64,000 bases of DNA. It comes from Thermotogota bacterium (GTDB lineage: Bacteria > Hydrothermota > Hydrothermia > LBFQ01). Each line of letters starts with the position of its first letter. The first letter of the stretch is position 1. Below, piece by piece: positions 46,359 to 55,847 of this stretch. The stretch lies in the NCBI GenBank assembly GCA_013153965.1, contig JAADDJ010000010.1, positions 17,443 through 81,442 on the forward strand, in the 5' to 3' direction. A program made the position numbers and the translations under genes. The notes beneath the pieces were generated by a model. The model made no database searches and was not told the DNA's origin. It saw only the letters and a program-made list of their open reading frames with translations.

Positions 46359-47231
46359 GTGGGCAACACTCCCGTGGTTGATATAACGCACGTGGTCGCG
46401 GGGCATATACCCCGCGGTATCACCGTCCTCGCCAAGCTGGAGAAGTTCAATCCCGGAGGCTCCTCCAAGGACAGGGCCGTCCTGATGATGCTGCGCGATG
46501 CTCTGAGAAGGGGGCTGCTGGAGGGGCGCACGGTGGTGGAGGCCTCATCGGGGAATACGGGTGTGGCATTGGCAATGATGGGAGCCGCCCTATCTCTAAA
46601 TGTCCTCCTTCTGATACCCGACACGCCCCAAGCCTCGGCGAAGGTGAGGCTGGCCAGAGAATTCGGAGCGAGGGTCCTCCTCACGCCGGAGCGGGAGGGG
46701 ACGGAAGGAGCCCGCCGACGGGCGGAAAGGTTGGCCTCGGAGTTCCCCGAGAGGTACTACCACCTGAACCAGTACGACAATCCGGCCAATCTGGAGGCCC
46801 ACTATCTGACGACCGGGCCGGAGATATGGGAGCAGACTGGTGGGGAGATAACCCACTTCGTCGCCGGCGTGGGTACGGGCGGGACGGTGAGCGGCACGTC
46901 CAAGTTCCTGAAGGAGAGGAATCCACGGATACGCACCTTCGGAGTTCAACCGGCTACCCCCGAGACGCGCATACCCGGCCTAAAGCACATACCCACATCC
47001 TCAAAACCCGCCAACTACCGCCCGGAGCTCCTTGATGGGGTCTTGGGCGTTGGAGAGGAGGAGGCCCACATATGGAGGGAGAGGCTCTCAAGGGTAGGGC
47101 TCCTCGTCGGACCATCGTCGGGAGCGGTTCTGGCGGCCGTCGTATCCTTGGCGCGCACCCTCGCATCCGAAGCGGTCATCGTCGCCCTCCTTCCGGACGG
47201 TGGGGAGAGGTACCTACAGGAGGAGAGTTAG
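46359..47231 (+). CDS. cysK: Cysteine synthase / PLP-dependent CysK-CysM family
   Basis: GNTPVV, PLP-lysine motif NPGGSSKDR, SSGNTG, GVGTGGT; GTG start with GGAGG upstream. Confidence 0.85.
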   Translation: MGNTPVVDITHVVAGHIPRGITVLAKLEKFNPGGSSKDRAVLMMLRDALRRGLLEGRTVVEASSGNTGVALAMMGAALSLNVLLLIPDTPQASAKVRLAREFGARVLLTPEREGTEGARRRAERLASEFPERYYHLNQYDNPANLEAHYLTTGPEIWEQTGGEITHFVAGVGTGGTVSGTSKFLKERNPRIRTFGVQPATPETRIPGLKHIPTSSKPANYRPELLDGVLGVGEEEAHIWRERLSRVGLLVGPSSGAVLAAVVSLARTLASEAVIVALLPDGGERYLQEES

Positions 47232-47657
47232 AAGTTTGAGGGTTAGCCACGTGTAGCCACCGGCGACGAGGTCGTCGGCCACGATACCCCACCCGCCGGG
47301 AAGCGACTCAAGGCGTCGGGCGGGGAAGGGCTTAACGATATCGTAGGCCCTGAAGAGCAGGAATCCTCCCAGAAGCACCTTCCAGTCCGTGGGAAAGTGC
47401 GCGTAGGCCAGATACAGGGCCACCACCTCGTCTATCACCACCTCCTTAGGATCCTCCCTCCCCGAAGCCTTGGCCACCTTCCCCGATGAGACGACAGACA
47501 GGAGAAGGAGGATTACCCCCAGCGCCCAGTACATCCACCCCGACGTCCCCACGATGAGAACCAGAGCGATGGCCCACAGGCTGCCGAATGTGGCCGGAGC
47601 GACGGGCACGTATCCGACGAACAGGCCCGTCGCTACTATTCGCGCCGCCGTTATCAA
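47214..47657 (-). CDS. pgpA: Phosphatidylglycerophosphatase A
   Basis: GLFVGYVPVAPATFGS and VIDEVVA motifs of the PgpA family. Confidence 0.8.
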   Translation of the reverse strand: MITAARIVATGLFVGYVPVAPATFGSLWAIALVLIVGTSGWMYWALGVILLLLSVVSSGKVAKASGREDPKEVVIDEVVALYLAYAHFPTDWKVLLGGFLLFRAYDIVKPFPARRLESLPGGWGIVADDLVAGGYTWLTLKLLTLLL

Positions 47658-48490
47658 TCGTAGCTCTCCTCGGGCGATGGGAAGTTCCCGTTGAGCACGT
47701 CTTCCCTGAACCTCTCCAAAGCCTCCTTCATGATCTCGTATCCGTTCAGGTATCTCCTGACGAATTTGAAGTTGAGACCCGGAATGAGGCCGAGGACGTC
47801 GTGGAAGACCAATATCTGTCCGTCCGTGTAGGGTCCGGCCCCTATACCTATCGTGGGTACCCTCAACCTCTCACTCACGTACTTGGCGCTCTCCGTGGGA
47901 ACCTTCTCAAGGACTATGGAGAATGCCCCCGCGTCCTGCAGGGCCAGGGCATCCTTTAAAAGCTCCTCCTTATCCCTACCCTGAAGGCGGAAACCCCCGT
48001 AGATGTTGAACTTCTGCGGGTTCATGCCTATGTGGCCCATCACGGGGATCCCGTAGGCGACCATCTTGGCCACCAGGGGGGCCACCTCCCTACCTCCCTC
48101 AACCTTCACGGCCGAGGCGCCGAGCTTCATGAACCTGCCGGCATTCTTGAGGGCCTCACTCTCCGAAGCCTGGTAGCTCATGAAGGGCATATCGGCGACG
48201 ACCAGAGCTCTCTTGACCACCCGAGCCACGACCCGCACGTGCATGGACATCTCCTCCATGCCTATGGGGAGGGTGCTGTCGTATCCGTGGATGACCATGG
48301 CGGCCGAATCGCCGACCAGAACCACGTCAAAACCGGCCGCATCGGCGAGGAGGGCGGAGGTGTAATCGTAAGCCGTTATGGCGGTTATCCTCCGCTCCCC
48401 CTTCATCTCAACGATGCTCTTGACCGTTATCCTCTTCATCTTCACTCCCATCTGTACCTTACGACCGGTAGAGCCGTCTCCCTGCTCCAC
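47654..48490 (-). CDS. panB: 3-methyl-2-oxobutanoate hydroxymethyltransferase
   Basis: ITAYDYTSA, LVGDS, GASAVKVEGG, MGHIGMNPQ motifs. Confidence 0.9.
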   Translation of the reverse strand: MEQGDGSTGRKVQMGVKMKRITVKSIVEMKGERRITAITAYDYTSALLADAAGFDVVLVGDSAAMVIHGYDSTLPIGMEEMSMHVRVVARVVKRALVVADMPFMSYQASESEALKNAGRFMKLGASAVKVEGGREVAPLVAKMVAYGIPVMGHIGMNPQKFNIYGGFRLQGRDKEELLKDALALQDAGAFSIVLEKVPTESAKYVSERLRVPTIGIGAGPYTDGQILVFHDVLGLIPGLNFKFVRRYLNGYEIMKEALERFREDVLNGNFPSPEESYD

Positions 48491-49317
48491 TGGGCGAAAC
48501 CACCCAGATACAGCCGGAACTTCTCACGGGGGTACCTCATGTGATCAAGCAGGAGCAGTCCGAAGGCAGCCTCACGGGGAGTATTCCCGTAGAGTACGTT
48601 TATCCTCGCGAAGTCAAAGTTCAGCTTGATTATGCTGTCAATCCTCGCGCTGTCGGCGAGGACGTAGTACATTCCGGACTTTCCCTTAACCCTCTTCAGG
48701 AAGAAGGTGAAGGGCAAATTGGTGGCCCCGGGAATGTGGCCCGTGCGACGATAGAAGGGGGGCGCTATGACACCGAAGTAGTACGCGGGCACTCTAAGGT
48801 CTATGAGTCGGAAGGAGGATTTCACGGACACGCCGGCGCTATCCTTGGATATCAGAGAGTCCAAGGGGATGAGGAAGCTGCTGTCGGGCCGAGCCTTGAG
48901 CCTTATCCGTCCCCGCAGGCCCCTCTTGTCGCTCGTTGGCTTCTGCGCGTCCAACCAAGCCTCGTAGCCACCGTTGAGGACGAATACCCTCTTGAAACCC
49001 AGGTGCTTCAGGACCATATACAGGGCGGCGACGTTGAGATAGTGGTAGGGAAGCTTGGCGGAGGAGTATATCAGAACGCCGTCCCCCTGCCTTATACCCA
49101 GCGATGAGATGCGCTCCACGAGGGTATCAAATGGAGGCATGTGGAACGGAATGCTATCCACGGCTATAAGGAAGGAATTCACCGGGAAATTCACCGCTCC
49201 GGGTATATGCCCCTCCTGATAGCTCTTGGGATCCCTAAGGTCTACCACGACCTTCGGCCTGACCTTGGAAAAATCGTTTGGGGATACGAAAACCGTACCG
49301 AGCAAACCGACGAGCAT
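48442..49317 (-). CDS. Tandem rhodanese-like domain protein, apparently catalytically inactive
   Basis: Two rhodanese folds (DLRDPKSYQEGHIPGAVNFP and IDLRVPAYY...GHIPGATNLP), but the active-site loop positions read IYSSAK and YGNTPRE with no cysteine. Confidence 0.6.
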   Translation of the reverse strand: MLVGLLGTVFVSPNDFSKVRPKVVVDLRDPKSYQEGHIPGAVNFPVNSFLIAVDSIPFHMPPFDTLVERISSLGIRQGDGVLIYSSAKLPYHYLNVAALYMVLKHLGFKRVFVLNGGYEAWLDAQKPTSDKRGLRGRIRLKARPDSSFLIPLDSLISKDSAGVSVKSSFRLIDLRVPAYYFGVIAPPFYRRTGHIPGATNLPFTFFLKRVKGKSGMYYVLADSARIDSIIKLNFDFARINVLYGNTPREAAFGLLLLDHMRYPREKFRLYLGGFAQWSRETALPVVRYRWE

Positions 49318-49341
49318 ACCGCTATTCTACGGGGGAGGGAG

Positions 49342-50865
49342 TCATCTAACCATCACGCGCACATACCCTCCGTCCATCTCAATCAGGTACATCCCTGATC
49401 TCAACGGAATGAACCCCTCGCCCACCTTCAGGAGCCTGCCATCTACGGTGAATATCCTGACCCTCCGGTCCACCTCCACGCCGCCATCCATCACCCTCAA
49501 GCGGGAAGGGACCTCCCTCCGCTCCGATACGGCCGTAAGGAGATACCCGTCAAACCAAACGCGATCCTCCGCGTACTCCCTGTAGGCGACGCATCCTCCG
49601 CCCAGGTTGTAGCAGTAATCCACCCGCGCCCCGAATTGGGTGGTTCCGTTGTGGTCGTTTATCGTTATCAGGCTGTCCCAGCCGGTGGCGGATGCGGAGT
49701 GCGCGTACATAACGCTGTCCCACGATGCCCCCACGAAGGTGGCCACGAATCTGAAGGATGAGATGTGCCTATCCCTATGAACGTACGGATAGGCCATGTA
49801 GTTCCCCGAGGGATAGGCGAAGTTGGTGGGAGGGAAAGGCGAGGGGGATCCCCACGTGGCCCCGCCGTCGGAGGATGTGATGTAATGCACGTCCCACACG
49901 TTGGTACTCACGTGTCTGTTGGCCCACAGGGCCACCACCTCCTGCGAAGAGGAGGCACCGGTACCGGCCGTTATTGAGACCTGACGGGCCGTATCGGGAA
50001 GGGCCACAACGGATATGTTGGAGGCGGAGATGCTCGGGAGGTCAAAGGTTATCAGCCACAGGCTCGTATCCCCCCTAACGTACGCCTGATAGCCCCTACC
50101 GCTGTCGGAGAGATATACCGACGTCCAGAGGGTGCTGTCGTTGGCCAACAGCATGCTCCAAGTCAGACCCGAATCGGTTGATATCCCCCTGACGACTGCC
50201 CCGGCGTCGGTGATGTAAGTCATGGCCACATGACCATCGTTATTGACCGACAGAGCCGGGAGAGATGCGGTATCGGCGGAGGTAATCTCCACCCAATCCC
50301 AGGTGCTGAGATCCCGCCTTATCCTGCGCAGGTATATACCCTCTCCGACCGTCCAAGCCGACGAGGAGTCCCAATCCACGACCACGTATATCCAAGGATT
50401 GCTCCCGGGACCCACGGCTATATCCACCCCCCTCGGATCAAAGCGCCCGATCACGTCCATCTCGGGGATGCGCACCCAAGTTCTTCCGTCCGTGCTACTC
50501 CACATCTCCACAGTATCTTGACCGCTCGTATTTCCAGTCATGAGGACGGCTACGAAGATCTCGCCATCGTCGGCCACATCCATGGCGATACCTACGGGGA
50601 ACCCCGGGTAAGGCTCCCCTCTTACCAGAGCATCGCTGCCCCACAGCGGGGTAAATGGAGCGTAGGCCCCCTCTCTCTCCTCCGGAATCTCTCCCGAGGG
50701 GGGTAGGGGATGATACCCCATATCGCTCACGGGGTCGGGGAGGGCGCGTATGACGTTGGCTCTCCTATGGTCGTCCCCGATGAAGGATATGCTCTTGGCA
50801 CCTTGACGTGCCACATCGCCGGCATCGGCGATTCCGTTCGCGTTTATATAGAAGACTATCCACAT
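49342..50865 (-). CDS. S/T/W/D-rich beta-propeller-like protein with T9SS C-terminal sorting domain
   Basis: C-terminal ~80 aa ending LIEMDGGYVRVMVR, matching the CTD pattern of the amidase at 17758; body has repeated SxDGGxTW-type blades (BNR/sialidase-like); no clear signal peptide. Confidence 0.55.
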   Translation of the reverse strand: MWIVFYINANGIADAGDVARQGAKSISFIGDDHRRANVIRALPDPVSDMGYHPLPPSGEIPEEREGAYAPFTPLWGSDALVRGEPYPGFPVGIAMDVADDGEIFVAVLMTGNTSGQDTVEMWSSTDGRTWVRIPEMDVIGRFDPRGVDIAVGPGSNPWIYVVVDWDSSSAWTVGEGIYLRRIRRDLSTWDWVEITSADTASLPALSVNNDGHVAMTYITDAGAVVRGISTDSGLTWSMLLANDSTLWTSVYLSDSGRGYQAYVRGDTSLWLITFDLPSISASNISVVALPDTARQVSITAGTGASSSQEVVALWANRHVSTNVWDVHYITSSDGGATWGSPSPFPPTNFAYPSGNYMAYPYVHRDRHISSFRFVATFVGASWDSVMYAHSASATGWDSLITINDHNGTTQFGARVDYCYNLGGGCVAYREYAEDRVWFDGYLLTAVSERREVPSRLRVMDGGVEVDRRVRIFTVDGRLLKVGEGFIPLRSGMYLIEMDGGYVRVMVR

Positions 50866-50945
50866 AACCGTCCGATTTTAACGCCCCACGTTCGCAGGCG
50901 CCGATGCAGGAGCCGTCGCAGAGAGCGGAATTTAACGTCCAGATT

Positions 50946-52325
50946 TCAGGAGATTTTTACCGCCGAGATCAGAGCGTTGAAGCGGTGGAGATCAAATACC
51001 ATTCGGCCCTTTTCAGCCTTCTCACGAGCCTTGGCCATTCTCCCCTCCATGCAGAGGCGCAGCAGGTGCTCCACATTGAATGGAAGGAGAATTCCGACAT
51101 CCCACAGGAGGAGAGCCTTGGATATCCTTCCCTGCACGCCCATCCCACCGCTCAACCTCACCACCTCGGCGAGGAATCTGCGGGTCCCCGGAGTGTCGCT
51201 TCCGGTGGCGTGGTAAAAGGCCATGAAGTAGTTGTAAGCTATGTCGGCGGCTGCTATCCCCCGGAGGCTCGCGTAGGCCTCGTGTATGCCGCTCAAGGCG
51301 TTTCGTCTGTAGCCGAGTATAATCCGGGCCGCCCCCCTGTATATGGCAGTGAAGAGTCGGCCCATGGGAGAGCCGAGCATTCCCACCTCCATCCGCAAGA
51401 CCTCCCGGAAGGCTCCGGTGTGAAGTTTCAGGAGCATGGAGAATAGGCTCGCCCCATCGCCCCTGAGGTCGGAGAGGGAGTACTTTGAAGCCTCCGAGTA
51501 TCGCCCCTGGGCCATGAGGAGCTCCAGAATGACCCTCTTGCGAAGACCCCTGTACCGTCTCATGCTCTCGGCTTTGTGGCGCAATCGGACGAGGATTCCC
51601 TTTAGATCATCGGGCTCCCCGAAGATCAGGGCCAGCATCCCGGCGAGGGCCGAATACTTTAGAAATAGCGGCGTGGGGAGGTCCAAATACTTGCCTCGTA
51701 GGGAGTTCAGAAGGGAGCGAGCCTCACGCCATCGGGCGTTGAGCATCAGAAAGCGTATGTACATCTGCGCAGCGTGATAGTACGCCAGCAGATCCCCCTG
51801 CGAGAGGGCGGATTTCATCACATCCCCGTACATGGCGTCCAGACGATGACGGTATGACGGGTCGTAGGTGCGACTTCCGAGGTCGTATATGCGCAGCATC
51901 GGCGTTATCATCTCGGTGGGTAGGGAGTCTATCACACCCAAAGCCTCATCCGAGAGGGGCAATATCTCCAGAAGGGCCACGGCGGAACGGTAGTCCCCCT
52001 CCCTTATCAGGCCCCGTACTATCCGGTACCCCTCATGCACCTCCTCCGGCTCCCCCTCGTGAAACATCATCCCCAATATCTGGGACACGTATCCCCGGCT
52101 CAATCCGCAGGCCTCGGCGCACTCCTTGCCCGTGGCGAAGGGATTCCTACGAATGTACTCCCGAACCTTCAGATACCCCTCCGGGAATGGGGTGGGCCGC
52201 CGCAGGATGCGGGAGACGGCCCCGAGGCTCCTGCCCGTCGCTTCGGCTATCTCTCCGACCGACATTCCCCTACGATGCAGGAGTATTATCCTGTAGCGCT
52301 CTATCACCTTACCCCGGTTGATCAC
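50946..52325 (-). CDS. Putative transcriptional regulator: two N-terminal HTH motifs followed by TPR-like helical repeats
   Basis: MSVGEIAEATGRSLGAVSRIL and ATGKECAEACGLSRGYVSQIL helix-turn-helix signatures; ~350-aa helical repeat region. Confidence 0.5.
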   Translation of the reverse strand: MINRGKVIERYRIILLHRRGMSVGEIAEATGRSLGAVSRILRRPTPFPEGYLKVREYIRRNPFATGKECAEACGLSRGYVSQILGMMFHEGEPEEVHEGYRIVRGLIREGDYRSAVALLEILPLSDEALGVIDSLPTEMITPMLRIYDLGSRTYDPSYRHRLDAMYGDVMKSALSQGDLLAYYHAAQMYIRFLMLNARWREARSLLNSLRGKYLDLPTPLFLKYSALAGMLALIFGEPDDLKGILVRLRHKAESMRRYRGLRKRVILELLMAQGRYSEASKYSLSDLRGDGASLFSMLLKLHTGAFREVLRMEVGMLGSPMGRLFTAIYRGAARIILGYRRNALSGIHEAYASLRGIAAADIAYNYFMAFYHATGSDTPGTRRFLAEVVRLSGGMGVQGRISKALLLWDVGILLPFNVEHLLRLCMEGRMAKAREKAEKGRMVFDLHRFNALISAVKIS

Positions 52326-52376
52326 CTTTCCGATTCTACGGGGGTTGGAGGCGGGCCATCCTTAAAATCCCGAATC

Positions 52377-53087
52377 ATGGACCGATTCTTCGGTCGCATA
52401 GACGCAGGAGTTGCTGAGATTTCGGGGGAGGAGTTTCACCACCTCTTCAAAGTCATGAGAAAGCGGGTGGGCGATAGGGTCGGGGTGTTTGACGGTCGCA
52501 GGGAGTTCGTGGGCGAGATAGCGGAAATCTCCCCCCGGGAGGGTAGGGCGGTGGTGCGACTCAATCGGGAGCTTCCACCGATGCTTCCGCCGGTCCATAT
52601 CACCGTGGCCGTATCTCCACCGAAGGGGGGCCGGCTGGACGAGCTCATATCAAGGCTGGTTGAGATAGGGGTCTCGGCCATAGTGCCCATGCTGTGCGAG
52701 AGGACGGTGCGTCGCCCGAAGAAGCGGAAGGATAGATGGGGAAGGATCGTGCTTTCGGCCGTGAAGCAGTCCCGCAGGACGGACATACCGGAGGTCCTTC
52801 CGCCCATGAGCCTTCCGGATGTCCTTGAGGCTTTCGGCGATTACGAGGGGAAATTCGCCGGATTGATAGGGAGCGAAACTCCCCTGGTGAGGTTGGAGCC
52901 GCGCCCTCGCAACGTAATCCTCATAGGACCCGAGGGGGACTTCACTCCACGCGAGAGGGAGATGATCCTGAAGGCCGGATTCGTGGGCTTCTCAATGGGG
53001 AAGATAATACTGCGCGTTGAGACCGCCGCGATGGTGTCCGCCGCTTGCCTGCTTCAGAAGGCTTGGGCTAACGCACCTTCTTCTTAG
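52377..53087 (+). CDS. rsmE: 16S rRNA (uracil1498-N3)-methyltransferase RsmE
   Basis: MDRFF start, PUA-like N-domain, SPOUT motifs VILIGPEGDFTPRE and GFVGFSMGKIILRVETAAMVSAA; start set at the internal ATG. Confidence 0.8.
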   Translation: MDRFFGRIDAGVAEISGEEFHHLFKVMRKRVGDRVGVFDGRREFVGEIAEISPREGRAVVRLNRELPPMLPPVHITVAVSPPKGGRLDELISRLVEIGVSAIVPMLCERTVRRPKKRKDRWGRIVLSAVKQSRRTDIPEVLPPMSLPDVLEAFGDYEGKFAGLIGSETPLVRLEPRPRNVILIGPEGDFTPREREMILKAGFVGFSMGKIILRVETAAMVSAACLLQKAWANAPSS

Positions 53088-53877
53088 CCCTTGGATGGTC
53101 CGGGGCTATGCGAAGTATCTGCTGCCATATCCTCTTCGCCCCTTCGGGATCCCCCTGCGCCTCAAGGGCGAGGGCCTGTCGCTCCAACTTTATCAGGTGA
53201 AGGTACTTCTTGGCCAAGGTGCTCTTGGGATTCCGCTTGAGCTCCTTGCGGAGCATTCTCTCCGCCTTCGCGATGTTGCCCTCCTGAAAATAGACCTTCT
53301 TTATCTCGTCTTCGCTTAGAGCGTCTATGCTGAAGGAGGGGGGAGGCTTCCTCTCAACGTTGGGTTTTACCGTCGGGACCTTGGGGGTGGAGCGGGTGTT
53401 TGGAGTGGTGAGGTCTATGGTGGAGCTGAGGTCTATGGTGGGTACGGTAATCTGGCTCCCCGTGGAGGGGGTGGAGGGTGCCGCCACCTGCTGGGATGTG
53501 AGGTTTGGCTCAAGTGTCGTTCCACTTTTCTCCTGCGGAGTCGTCTGTGCTTGGGTCTGTACCACGCTCTCCTCTCCCTCCCCAACCTCCGCCACCTTCG
53601 CCGTGTCTTCCCGCGTCTTCGCCGTAATCTCCCGTCCTCCGCTCTCCGAGGGTTTGGGAGCCTCGCTCCCCTGCGTTGGGGAGGCTTCCTCCTGTGAGAT
53701 CAGCATCTTGGCAAGTTGGGCGGACTCTGGGATAGCCGCGGTGTCGGGGGGAGATTCCTCAACCGTCTCAAACTGCCTTTGCCTCTGAAGGAAGTAGAGG
53801 GCCGCTCCCACACCCAATCCCCCACCCACGACTGCTCCCAAAATTACCAGAAGAATCAAGATAAGGATCCGCCTCAC
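53068..53877 (-). CDS. Membrane-anchored protein with disordered S/T/P/E linker and C-terminal TPR-like domain
   Basis: N-terminal TM ILILILLVILGAVVGGGLGVGAAL; low-complexity middle; C-terminal helical repeats (...KKYLHLIKLERQALALEAQGDPEGAKRIWQQIL). Confidence 0.45.
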   Translation of the reverse strand: MRRILILILLVILGAVVGGGLGVGAALYFLQRQRQFETVEESPPDTAAIPESAQLAKMLISQEEASPTQGSEAPKPSESGGREITAKTREDTAKVAEVGEGEESVVQTQAQTTPQEKSGTTLEPNLTSQQVAAPSTPSTGSQITVPTIDLSSTIDLTTPNTRSTPKVPTVKPNVERKPPPSFSIDALSEDEIKKVYFQEGNIAKAERMLRKELKRNPKSTLAKKYLHLIKLERQALALEAQGDPEGAKRIWQQILRIAPDHPRAKKKVR

Positions 53878-53898
53878 CGTACGTATTCTAAGGCCGGT

Positions 53899-54759
53899 TC
53901 AGAAGTTCGCCCTCGGAATCATCCAATCCTCAAGTTTCTCCGAGATTACGGAGGTGCCCTCCATAAGCTGCTTCCAGATGTTCCTCTTCTCCTTGCGCTT
54001 GATGAAACGGATCTTCTTCACACCCGCCTCCCTCTTGAGAATCTCAAGGGCATCGTACTTAGTTCCCAACGTATCCACCAGTCCCCACCTAAGGGCCTGC
54101 TCCGCCGTCAGGATCCTGCCGTCGGCTATGGGCATGAGCTCCTCGGGAGACTTCCCGCGGCTCTCGGCCACGCGATTTAGAAAGACCTTCCAAATCTCCT
54201 TCGCCAACTCCGTGAGCAGGAGACTATCCTCCTCCGTGCGCTTTCTGAAGGGCTGGGTCAGGTCCTTATTCTTACCCGACTTGTAAATATCCCAAGAGAC
54301 GCCCACCTTCTTGGACAGCTCGGTGATCTCGGGGATGATGATTATGGCCCCTATGGAGCCCGTGAGCGCCGCGGGGTTGGCCACTATCTTATCGGCGGCG
54401 GATGCGATGTAGTATCCCCCCGACGCCCCTATGGAGTGTATGTATGCTATCACCTTTTTGCCCTTACTCCGGGCGAGCTTCAGCACCTGATACATGGCTT
54501 CGCTTGAGGCCGCGCTCCCTCCCGGGCTGTTTATATAGACGAAGACGGCCTTTATGCGATTCCTCTTATCCTTGCGAAGTTTCTCATACACCCAATCGGT
54601 TAGATCCGGAATCTTCTTGTCGTCAATATTCTCGTCTATCGGGACGTAGAGGACATTCCCCAAGGTTATCACGTTCGTTCTTACGACTATCCGAAGTATC
54701 AGGAGAATTCCACTAAGGAGCGCCACGAACACCAACAGCCAAAACCAGACGTTCTTCAT
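53899..54759 (-). CDS. sppA: Signal peptide peptidase SppA (S49 family, 36K type)
   Basis: INSPGGSAASSEAM, GASGGYYIA (catalytic Ser context), N-terminal TM. Confidence 0.85.
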   Translation of the reverse strand: MKNVWFWLLVFVALLSGILLILRIVVRTNVITLGNVLYVPIDENIDDKKIPDLTDWVYEKLRKDKRNRIKAVFVYINSPGGSAASSEAMYQVLKLARSKGKKVIAYIHSIGASGGYYIASAADKIVANPAALTGSIGAIIIIPEITELSKKVGVSWDIYKSGKNKDLTQPFRKRTEEDSLLLTELAKEIWKVFLNRVAESRGKSPEELMPIADGRILTAEQALRWGLVDTLGTKYDALEILKREAGVKKIRFIKRKEKRNIWKQLMEGTSVISEKLEDWMIPRANF

Positions 54760-54769
54760 GACGGGTATT

Positions 54770-55837
54770 TTAATCCTGTAAGGTGCGTCCCGCCTCTACA
54801 TCACTCAAAATTCTCCTGAATTTGGCGTATATCGCATCACGACCGTAGGGGACGACGAGCCTTCGGAGGGATGGGTCCTTGCCCGCATCCAAGGCCTCCG
54901 ATATCCGACGGACGGCACCGTTGGGATCGTCGTAGAAGAGGACCTGTGGGAAACTCCTCTCAAAACTCCTCCAGCGGATGGATACCACGGGAAGACCCAC
55001 GGCGAAGTACTCCAAGACTTTGTTGGGGAAATCCATGGCCTCTATCAGGGGTGAGAGCTTGAAGGGAATTATGGCCGCGTCGCTGTGGCGCATGTACAGA
55101 TGCACCCGGGAGTGGGGTTTTCCCCCCAGCAGGAAGATGTTCTCGGGCAGGGAGGCCGGGACGGAGCGCGGAGGCCCGACTACGACGAAGGATACGCCGT
55201 TGAGGCGCCGGGCCGCGTAAATGAGCGTATCCCAATCAAACCACTCGGATATGGCCCCCACGTATATGACCCTCGGATGGGGTATCCCTCTAAGCTCCTC
55301 CGGCTCGGGGAAATTCCCGTCGGCTGGGAAGAGCTCCAGATCTATGGGGTTGGGAAGATAGACCGCCTTCCGATGCGGGAGACCTTCAAGCAGGCTCCTG
55401 TGGGCCACGAGGATGACGTCGCTCCTCTCCACGAATCTCCTCTCCTCCTCCAAGATGACCTTAGGGACGCCGAAGCCCGAGAGTAGGTCGTTCAGGCGGT
55501 ATATCTTCACCTTCGCCTTGACCCTGTTGGCGAAGTAGAGGAGAGGACTGGCATCCGTCATTAGAACGTCCCACTCTCGCCTCAACCCCCCGTAAGGTTG
55601 GAGACGGTAGGTCATATCCCAGAGCCATCGCCATCTCATCCAACGGTTCGGAAGGGGACGTATCATCCGGTGGGTTATTCCGGGGGCTCCCCGCAGATAG
55701 GTTAGAGGATTCTCCAGATTGGCATGCTCAACCCGGTACCCCATATCCATCAGAAAACGGGCGAACTTGAATATCCCCACATCCAGCACACCGTTCCACC
55801 GGTTGGGAGATAGAACCAATGCCTCCTTGGACCTCAA
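54770..55837 (-). CDS. Glycosyltransferase (GT4-like)
   Basis: C-terminal GT-B half (VIYVGAISEWFDWDTL...FVVVG...FKLSPLIEAMDFPNKVLEYFAVGLPVVS). Confidence 0.65.
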   Translation of the reverse strand: MRSKEALVLSPNRWNGVLDVGIFKFARFLMDMGYRVEHANLENPLTYLRGAPGITHRMIRPLPNRWMRWRWLWDMTYRLQPYGGLRREWDVLMTDASPLLYFANRVKAKVKIYRLNDLLSGFGVPKVILEEERRFVERSDVILVAHRSLLEGLPHRKAVYLPNPIDLELFPADGNFPEPEELRGIPHPRVIYVGAISEWFDWDTLIYAARRLNGVSFVVVGPPRSVPASLPENIFLLGGKPHSRVHLYMRHSDAAIIPFKLSPLIEAMDFPNKVLEYFAVGLPVVSIRWRSFERSFPQVLFYDDPNGAVRRISEALDAGKDPSLRRLVVPYGRDAIYAKFRRILSDVEAGRTLQD

Positions 55838-55847
55838 GGTTGTGATT

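Noticed and set aside
52035-52376. Upstream extension of the RsmE ORF
   Set aside because: Antisense to the HTH/TPR regulator; RsmE homology starts at MDRFF (52377).
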